Below, in pieces: positions 57,318 through 64,000 of a stretch of DNA of 64,000 bases; the stretch's first letter is position 1; the number at the start of each line of letters is the position of its first letter. Position numbers and translations under genes: made by a program. The notes under the pieces were generated by a model, which saw nothing but the letters and a program-made list of their open reading frames with translations, ran no database searches and had not been told where the DNA came from. The DNA comes from Thermoplasmatota archaeon. Its GTDB lineage: Archaea > Thermoplasmatota > Penumbrarchaeia > Penumbrarchaeales > Penumbrarchaeaceae. The DNA is taken from NCBI GenBank assembly GCA_048569615.1, contig JBLIRK010000004.1:4159-68158 (forward strand), in the 5' to 3' direction.

Positions 57318-57776
57318 GTGGCGAGAAGGTTCCATGAATTAAGGGTCACATCCTTCGTCCAAGCTACCGAGAGCCGTGAGAAGGTTCTGACCTCAATATC
57401 TAATCTGCTTGGTGAAGATCCTTCCCCTTGGATGGTGATAACGACCGCGGAGGGTATGCACCATAATCCGATCCACATCCTAAATGCACTCATCCCAAAA
57501 GAGAGGGATATCGATCGGATCCTCGGTAGATGGGTGAAGCTCGATTTCTGGTCCCTGGCCCTTGAGACCATCGAGGGGCGTATGGACGAAGAACAGGTCT
57601 ATCACATTCGTCTGGACAAACAGGAGCTTTGCACCGGAGAAGAGGTCCTCTGGTCATCCGGAGAAGCGGTCGAGGCCCGCCTCAAGGTCGCCACCTTCCC
57701 ATCCTCCAGGGAGAAGGCGGTGCAGATCATCCGGGAGCTGTCCGACCATTTGCAGGGAGCTCCTGACCTTGGATGA
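57318..57776 (+). CDS. Archaeal RNA-binding protein (COG1325-like)
   Basis: ATESREKV, EGMHHNPI, YHIRLDKQ. Confidence 0.82.
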   Translation: MARRFHELRVTSFVQATESREKVLTSISNLLGEDPSPWMVITTAEGMHHNPIHILNALIPKERDIDRILGRWVKLDFWSLALETIEGRMDEEQVYHIRLDKQELCTGEEVLWSSGEAVEARLKVATFPSSREKAVQIIRELSDHLQGAPDLG

Positions 57777-57860
57777 GCTCTGCACAATGATATTATAAGT
57801 AATGCACCATTGCACCCCATCCCTTGGGTATAAAAAGTCCCTTATTATCGGGTGATCCAA

Positions 57861-59273
57861 ATGCCGGAGAACGACAGCTCCCCATCCAGCGAACCGATCA
57901 AGACAGATCAACAGGTTGAAAAGGAAGTGATGGTCAAATTCCTCACATCCACCGGAAGGATCCGTCCATCCCTGGCATCAACGCTTTACGACGGGGGACT
58001 CAACAGCTGGTCGCTGCTCATGGATGGGGATAAGGAATATTTCATCGGGTTCAAGGGAGTGGGGGTTAAGACCGCCGAGGTCCTGATAGAACTGGGAGGA
58101 ATAAAGGCCGAGGAGGTCCAATGCACGGTCAAGTATCCCGATGTCCGGGAGGTCCTCTCCGAGGTCCCGAGAATAAATCAGCAGATCATCGCTGCACTTG
58201 TAGATGGCGGATACGATTCGATCCTGAAGTTCAGGGGAGCCAAGAAAGAGGAGCTGATGGAGTTCAGGGGAGTTGGTCCGAAGCTTTCCGAATCCATTAT
58301 GGAGGTCACCGCAAGGGCCCTGGATGAATGCGAGATGGCCGGCATTCCCGATGAGGCCGAGGCCGAGCTGGAGGAGATGAAGGAGGAGGCCGCAGGGGCA
58401 GAGCCCGAAAAGGCCGAACCCAGGGAGAGCCTAATAGACAGGATAATAAAAGGTATAAAAGGCTTCTTCGGAGGCAAGGCCAAAGAGCAAACGGCAGAGG
58501 AGAAAAAGGATGCCGAAGAGCCAGGAGAGGAGGAGGCAGGAGCCGCTGAGGTGCCGGTGGAGCCGGAAATCCCTGAGGAGGAAGCCGAGCCCGCTTCAGA
58601 AAGTACCGAGAAAGCCGAGGGCGGGGTCACGGAAGAATCCGGGCAGGAAAAGGAGGAACATCCTGCGGAGGAGAGCATGGAAATACCGGAGGAGGTGGAA
58701 GAGGCTCCGGGCGAAGAAGAAGCCGAACGAGAGGTCCCGTTGGAGGCGGAGGAGGAGAAGCCGGTTGAAGAGAAGACCCCCGATGACCCTCCGGAAGAGC
58801 CGGTCAAGGAGGAGCCCGCTCCTGCGGAAAGGACGGGTTTCCTCGACAGGATAATGGCCATTTTCAAGGGCGGCAAGAAGGAGACACCGCCGGAGGAGCC
58901 CGCCGAAGTTCAGCAGGCTGAACCTCCTGCGGAAGATGAGAAAGAAGAGGGTATCCCGGATGAGGAAGAAGCGGCTCCAGAGTCCCAAGCGGAGGCAGAA
59001 GAGGAGAAGCCAGTTGAAGAGGAGCCCGCCGAAGCTCCTCCGGAGGAAGAGGGGCTCCCCGCCGAAGAGGAGGCAGCACCCGGGTCCAAGGAGATCAAGG
59101 AATTCGAGGACATACCGGGGGTTAGCAAGAAGATTGCAAAGCTCCTCCGAGATTCCGGCTATATGAACATAGACGAGCTCAAGGAGGCGGTACCCGATGA
59201 CCTTATGATGATCGAGGGTATCGGCCAGAAGACCGCCGAGAACATCTGCAATGCAATGAAGGAGCTGCAGTAA
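57861..59273 (+). CDS. Multi helix-hairpin-helix protein with long acidic linker
   Basis: FKGVGVKTAE, FRGVGPKLSE, IPGVSKKIA and IEGIGQKTAE HhH motifs; E/P/A-rich middle. Confidence 0.8.
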   Translation: MPENDSSPSSEPIKTDQQVEKEVMVKFLTSTGRIRPSLASTLYDGGLNSWSLLMDGDKEYFIGFKGVGVKTAEVLIELGGIKAEEVQCTVKYPDVREVLSEVPRINQQIIAALVDGGYDSILKFRGAKKEELMEFRGVGPKLSESIMEVTARALDECEMAGIPDEAEAELEEMKEEAAGAEPEKAEPRESLIDRIIKGIKGFFGGKAKEQTAEEKKDAEEPGEEEAGAAEVPVEPEIPEEEAEPASESTEKAEGGVTEESGQEKEEHPAEESMEIPEEVEEAPGEEEAEREVPLEAEEEKPVEEKTPDDPPEEPVKEEPAPAERTGFLDRIMAIFKGGKKETPPEEPAEVQQAEPPAEDEKEEGIPDEEEAAPESQAEAEEEKPVEEEPAEAPPEEEGLPAEEEAAPGSKEIKEFEDIPGVSKKIAKLLRDSGYMNIDELKEAVPDDLMMIEGIGQKTAENICNAMKELQ

Positions 59274-59287
59274 CGGGGATAGGGCGG

Positions 59288-59812
59288 ATGGTCTCGACCC
59301 TTAGATTTCATACATACGAGACCGGACCGGGGTGGGACCATCGGAGAATTGCAGAGGTGGCTGCCCGGGGGCCTTTTTCGGCAGATATCGTTGTATTGGA
59401 CCCGGGGAAGCTTTTCGATCCTCAGCATCTCGGATCGGCCTTGATGCATGCCGCGAGGGCCCTTCTCAGAGGCCAAGCCAGGGCGAGGGACAGGTCGATC
59501 GAGGTTCTTAGATGGCTCTCGGGTGCGCATCAGGTATCGAGAGGATTGGAGGTTATGGGGCCCGACGGAGATTCATCACAGCTGATCATGGTGGAGCTGC
59601 CTCCGGAATGGCCTGTAGAGGAGGATTCACTTCGATTCCCCATCCTCGAACCTGCTTCAAGCAGCCCCGATATCAATGGCCTGACGAGGGTCGAAGGGCC
59701 CTCCTACGGGGGGATTGCAGCCCTGGCCGGACTTGGAATCACCGATCTGGGAGATGAAAATCTGAACCGCGCCCAGGTCTTGGAGATCGTCTGTTTGGGC
59801 CCCATCAATTAG
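59288..59812 (+). CDS. cgi121: KEOPS complex subunit Cgi121
   Basis: HLGSALMHAARA...ARDRSIEVLRWLSGAHQVSRGLEVMG matches the Cgi121 core. Confidence 0.78.
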   Translation: MVSTLRFHTYETGPGWDHRRIAEVAARGPFSADIVVLDPGKLFDPQHLGSALMHAARALLRGQARARDRSIEVLRWLSGAHQVSRGLEVMGPDGDSSQLIMVELPPEWPVEEDSLRFPILEPASSSPDINGLTRVEGPSYGGIAALAGLGITDLGDENLNRAQVLEIVCLGPIN

Positions 59813-59939
59813 ACATTTTCTCTGCCATATTCGAAGATGTGTTGTTAGTCAGTTTTTGCTTTAAAAGACCACCTTTAATCGATTTTTCACATCATAATGG
59901 GTAATTTTCTTTTATGGTATTTATATTAAAAAGTATTAT

Positions 59940-62900
59940 ATGCAGGACAAGTTCTTTTATTTCTTCCCCGGCCATAATACGCTCCCAGTAGTGAACGGTG
60001 TTAAGATGCAATCATGCGAGAAATGTTGTCGTGAAGCCCGATCACGATCCACCCCCCGAGAGCTTGGCAGATCGAAGCTCCTTTCACTGTTGTTCTGCTT
60101 CTTCATTGCGGCCCTCTTTTCGCTCTCCTCGATGTCTAAAGTTCCGACCGCCGGAGAGTTGCACATCGAAGGGAAGCATCCTTTCGGCAACCCTCCGAAA
60201 ACCCTTAAGGATGCGGGAACCGTGATAGGCATCCTGGAGAACTTCACCGGCGGCTACGAAAAAGGGCTCCCCCACAACACCTACGGTTTCGACGAGTTCA
60301 ACTGCCTTGCCGTCGGGGACATCGACGGTGATTCCAACCTCGACCTTGCCTTCGGAGGCGAGGATTACGACACTGCGAGCACCACGGGTCTTTACGTTTA
60401 CAGAGGCCACGGCAACGGAACCTGGACATCAGCCTCCTCCGGTCTTCCGACCTACAACAGCTGGGGAGGTCTTGCATTCGGAGACGCTGACGGCGACGGT
60501 AAAATGGAGCTCTACGCCTGCAACGAGGGGTGGGGAAGCCGCGGCGGTTCAATATCGGGCATCGGAGCGTGGGAATACAGCTCCGGCTCATGGTCGACCA
60601 CGGGGATCACATCTCCCGCTACATCCGGTTATTTCAATTCCATCGTCCTGAAGAACTTCACGAAGGGCCCGGGGCTGGATATCGCCGTCACCCATTCGTA
60701 CGGGAACATGAACGGGATCAAAGTGTTCCACAGCAACGGCTCTTCACCAATAGGATGGACATCGAATTCCAACGGGCTACCCTCCTCCGGTGAGTACGCT
60801 GGCATCGCCGTGGGCGATCTGAACAACGACACACTGCCGGACATAGCAGCGGTATCGTATGTCAACTCCGGTCTGAGGATCTTCACCCAGAACGCGCTGG
60901 GCAACGGATGGACCGACAGGTCCTCGTCGCTTCCAAGCTCGGCTTTGTCAGGCCGGATGCTCGGTGTGGCCATCGGAGACTGCAACGGGGACGGACACGG
61001 GGATATCATCTTCACCCACCGGGACAACGGCATGAGGATGCTACTGGGAAACGGTGGTGGGGCCTCGGGGACAAGCTTCTCATGGACGGCACCGACATCG
61101 GCCTTTCCTTCCAACTACGGCTCTTCGGGTCGTTTCCCCCAGATCCAGCTCGATGACATCGACAAGGACGGAGACCTCGATCTGATGGCTCCCAAGGCCG
61201 GGAACGGCCTCCACCTCTTCCTCGGGAACGGCACTAAGCTGCCGGGGACCGGTTTCGGCTGGACCGAGGTGACCAATAAGAACCTGCCCACCAACATGAC
61301 GTGCTACGGCTCGGTGTTCTTCGATATGGACAGTGATAAGGACCTAGACCTTGCCGTGGCAACATGGGGCGATGGTGTCAAGGTATTCAGGACCAACCTC
61401 ACACTTAAGGACACGAACAAGGCCCCGGTCCCCGACGCCGGGGATGATCAGACGATCCGGTTGGGGGAAACAGCTGTATTGAACGGGACGGGAAGCAGCG
61501 ATCCCGAGGATGCCCCGTTTGGGGATACTGCCGGTGGATTATTGAACTATGACTGGAACTTCACGAAGGTTCCCGCCGGTTCTTACGTAATGGACAGCTC
61601 CCTGCAGAGCTCGGACAAGGTGGCAAAGCCCCATTTCAGGCCTGACGTTGAGGGCTTCTACGTACTCAACCTCTCCGTCAGGGATTCCAAGGGAAAATGC
61701 TCCAACAGGTCCGATGAGGATACCGTTACCGTAAAGGTGCTCAATGACGCCCCCGTCCCGGATGCCGGGACAGGCCAGACGATCTATCTGGGCAAAACGG
61801 TCTATCTGAACGGGACTGGAAGCAGCGATACGGAGGACTGTCCGGAAGGGGATCTGAACGGAACCCTGCTCTCATATGACTGGAACGTCACTTCTTATCC
61901 CCGAGGCTCATTGATCCGGGACGGAAGCCTGTTCCCGGATGATAATTCGCCGACCTCTCATTTCGTGCCCGACAAGGTGGGAAAGTATCGGTTGACACTG
62001 GCGGTCAACGACAGCCATGGAAAATGGTCCCATTTCTCCAATGAGAGTATCGTTGAGATCACGGTGGTCAAGCCCAACGATCCGCCGATCCCCGATGCGG
62101 GGGTCGACATCACACGCTTCACGAACACTTTCGTTTATCTGAACGGCTCCAAGAGCAGGGATGTCGACGGCGAGATCGTTCACTGGAACTGGACATGCTC
62201 CAATGAGAGCATCGACCTTACCTTCGAGGACAGCTCCCATCCCTTCTTCTACCCCTTCGAACCGGGCAACTTCACCTTCACACTCAATGTCCAGGACGAT
62301 AACGGATCCTGGGCGGATCTCGAGGATGAGGTCAACGTGACAATAATAGAACCGGGAAGAAACCTCCCCCCCAGCGCTGATGCTGGCGGGGACATCCATG
62401 TTGTCCTGGGAGAGGAGGTCGTTCTTGACGGGACGGCAAGCTCCGACCTTGACGGAGAAATACTGATATGGGATTGGAGATGCACCTCCCATCCCGGGTT
62501 GATGCTGAACGCTACGAACAGCTCCCGCCCCCACTTCGCTCCCGCTGAAACCGGCATCTACGGATTCACCCTCAGGGTAATGGATGACAATGGCTCCTGG
62601 TCCCCGGAAGATGGTATGCTGGTCTATGTTTCGGAGCCCTTCCTCAACCAGAGGCCTTTTGCCGATGCCGGGTCCGACATCTACGGCTTCGTTTCGGAGG
62701 AATTGTCCTTGGACGGCAGGAACAGCTACGACCTTGACGGGTTGGTGGTCAAGTACAATTGGACCTGCCTTGACGGCTATGTGAATATGATCGGATGGAA
62801 CACATCCCGACCGCATTTTTCATCCAGCGAGCCGTGCATACTCACTTTCAGCCTCATGGTAATGGACGATATGGGAGAATGGAGCCTTCCGGACACGGTG

Positions 62901-63557
62901 AATGCTACCATTTGGCAGAGGCCTTCCCCCCCACCTGATCAGGGTCCAAAAAACGTAACTTTCAGCATCGGTCCGCTGCTTTACGAGAACGGGTACCCAG
63001 TTCCCGATGCCGTAATGACAATGACGGCCCTGGACCTATGGCCGTGGCAGACCCCTCCATTTTTCAATTCCACCTCAACACAAGCCGGAATGTTCCACTT
63101 CTTCCAGGGGATTCCGCCGGGCAATTATTCCTCCTCGATAATCATCGACGGGGAGACTCCGGTCCCGCCCTTTGATGTCCTGGTCCTCGGGAACGGGACA
63201 GTGATCATTCCGGGAGGGCTCCCTACGATCCCCTCGCCCGTCCCGGTTGATGACGATGATGTTGATGATGATGTTGGGCCCGTTGATGACGATATCGTCG
63301 ATGACGACATCGATGATGATGACATCGGGCCCGTTGATGACGATATCGTCGATGACGACGTCGTTGATGATGCAGTTGATGACGATGATGGAATTATCGG
63401 AGAGAGGGGCATGTCCGCGTATCAGGTCGCAGTCGTCGCTCTGGTGGGATCGGTGTTCGTTCTGATAACTGTCGTTGTCATCATCGGGTACCTTAGGAGG
63501 GAAAAGGAGGATAAGGTGGAGCAGGAAGATCTCATGGAAAAATACCTTGAGGAATAG
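59940..63557 (+). CDS. Surface protein: FG-GAP/VCBS beta-propeller, five PKD/Ig-like repeats, Asp-rich stalk, C-terminal TM
   Basis: Repeated GDxDGDGxxD motifs; five P.(P/A)DAG.D...LNG..S.D..G...W units; DDD tract; TM. Start is uncertain. Confidence 0.87.
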   Translation: MQDKFFYFFPGHNTLPVVNGVKMQSCEKCCREARSRSTPRELGRSKLLSLLFCFFIAALFSLSSMSKVPTAGELHIEGKHPFGNPPKTLKDAGTVIGILENFTGGYEKGLPHNTYGFDEFNCLAVGDIDGDSNLDLAFGGEDYDTASTTGLYVYRGHGNGTWTSASSGLPTYNSWGGLAFGDADGDGKMELYACNEGWGSRGGSISGIGAWEYSSGSWSTTGITSPATSGYFNSIVLKNFTKGPGLDIAVTHSYGNMNGIKVFHSNGSSPIGWTSNSNGLPSSGEYAGIAVGDLNNDTLPDIAAVSYVNSGLRIFTQNALGNGWTDRSSSLPSSALSGRMLGVAIGDCNGDGHGDIIFTHRDNGMRMLLGNGGGASGTSFSWTAPTSAFPSNYGSSGRFPQIQLDDIDKDGDLDLMAPKAGNGLHLFLGNGTKLPGTGFGWTEVTNKNLPTNMTCYGSVFFDMDSDKDLDLAVATWGDGVKVFRTNLTLKDTNKAPVPDAGDDQTIRLGETAVLNGTGSSDPEDAPFGDTAGGLLNYDWNFTKVPAGSYVMDSSLQSSDKVAKPHFRPDVEGFYVLNLSVRDSKGKCSNRSDEDTVTVKVLNDAPVPDAGTGQTIYLGKTVYLNGTGSSDTEDCPEGDLNGTLLSYDWNVTSYPRGSLIRDGSLFPDDNSPTSHFVPDKVGKYRLTLAVNDSHGKWSHFSNESIVEITVVKPNDPPIPDAGVDITRFTNTFVYLNGSKSRDVDGEIVHWNWTCSNESIDLTFEDSSHPFFYPFEPGNFTFTLNVQDDNGSWADLEDEVNVTIIEPGRNLPPSADAGGDIHVVLGEEVVLDGTASSDLDGEILIWDWRCTSHPGLMLNATNSSRPHFAPAETGIYGFTLRVMDDNGSWSPEDGMLVYVSEPFLNQRPFADAGSDIYGFVSEELSLDGRNSYDLDGLVVKYNWTCLDGYVNMIGWNTSRPHFSSSEPCILTFSLMVMDDMGEWSLPDTVNATIWQRPSPPPDQGPKNVTFSIGPLLYENGYPVPDAVMTMTALDLWPWQTPPFFNSTSTQAGMFHFFQGIPPGNYSSSIIIDGETPVPPFDVLVLGNGTVIIPGGLPTIPSPVPVDDDDVDDDVGPVDDDIVDDDIDDDDIGPVDDDIVDDDVVDDAVDDDDGIIGERGMSAYQVAVVALVGSVFVLITVVVIIGYLRREKEDKVEQEDLMEKYLEE
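63246..63390 (+). repeat. Asp-rich (V/I)DDD tandem repeat
   Basis: VDDDDVDDDVGPVDDDIVDDDIDDDDIGPVDDDIVDDDVVDDAVDDDD, including a duplicated gggcccgttgatgacgatatcgtcgatgacgac. Confidence 0.88.
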
Positions 63558-63658
63558 AGCCCCCTCGAACAGCTCACGGCAGGGAATAGAGTTATAGAAA
63601 AGGAAGCAATAGGTGCATCACCGCAGCAAGTGATCAGCTTCCCGGAAGTGATCTGAAA

Positions 63659-64000
63659 TTGTCCGTACAAAGTCTGAGGCTGTCCCTGGGGACGGCGATC
63701 GTTATGGGTTTCAAGGAAGGAGCACTGCCTGATCCCCCCACCACAGCTTATATCATGGTCGGAGAGGGATGCTCAGGCAACTGCGCTTTCTGCACACAAG
63801 CCAGGGATTCCGGGAGCGGTGCCGAGCTCCTAAGTAGGATCACATGGCCGGAATTCCCCGCAGACGATGTGATTCGAAGTTTCGTTTCCGGTCGCAGCAG
63901 AGGATTCAGGCGCATATGCCTGCAGTGCCTGAACGATCCCGCAATGTTCCCCGGCCTCCCGGAACTCGTGGAGCAGCTTCACGGAATATCACAACTCCCT
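63659..64000 (+). CDS. Radical SAM protein, biotin-synthase-related/LipS-like (3' truncated by window)
   Basis: Hand translation from TTG: RLSLGTA...PTTAYIMVGEGCSGNCAFCTQARDS...LSRITWP...RICLQ, with the CxxxCxxC motif. Not in the ORF track. Confidence 0.85.
   Translation, partial: MSVQSLRLSLGTAIVMGFKEGALPDPPTTAYIMVGEGCSGNCAFCTQARDSGSGAELLSRITWPEFPADDVIRSFVSGRSRGFRRICLQCLNDPAMFPGLPELVEQLHGISQLP

Noticed and set aside
63560-64000. Apparently ORF-free end as a possible ncRNA such as RNase P RNA
   Set aside because: It translates as the N-terminus of a radical SAM protein; the track missed it because the stop lies outside the window.
1-64000. Stop-codon recoding (Sec/Pyl) or programmed frameshifts
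   Set aside because: The recognised enzymes appear full length, and I saw no domain continuing past a TGA or TAG; this was not checked exhaustively.

Overview
This window looks like chromosomal DNA from a Thermoplasmatota-like archaeon. The evidence is archaeal markers (Pps, Cgi121, COG1325 RNA-binding protein, XPD, PhoU/TrkA-C pair), TATA-type promoters and giant C-terminally anchored surface proteins; the taxonomy is inferred, not measured. It holds about 50 CDS and two tRNAs (Gly-GCC, Leu-CAA). Housekeeping content includes CoA synthesis, a BtuFCD-like ABC importer, MscS, a UbiD-family decarboxylase, a split LKR/SDH lysine pathway, endonuclease IV and rubredoxin. A roughly 20 kb cell-envelope block spans about 10.8-30.5 kb. 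I saw no CRISPR array, integrase or transposase. The least explained signals are: (1) hairpin-rich trailers behind both tRNAs, each with a partial copy of the tRNA 3' end about 160 nt away; (2) a candidate GGA-rich structured sRNA convergent on a small acidic ORF; (3) a secreted protein with 11 exact-period 21-aa DxDxDG repeats next to a STAND ATPase; (4) a membrane protein + wHTH module beside a divergent secreted pair with a shared palindrome; (5) a multi-HhH protein with two amphipathic, membrane-targeting-like helices. All family assignments come from motif recognition by eye; no searches were run.
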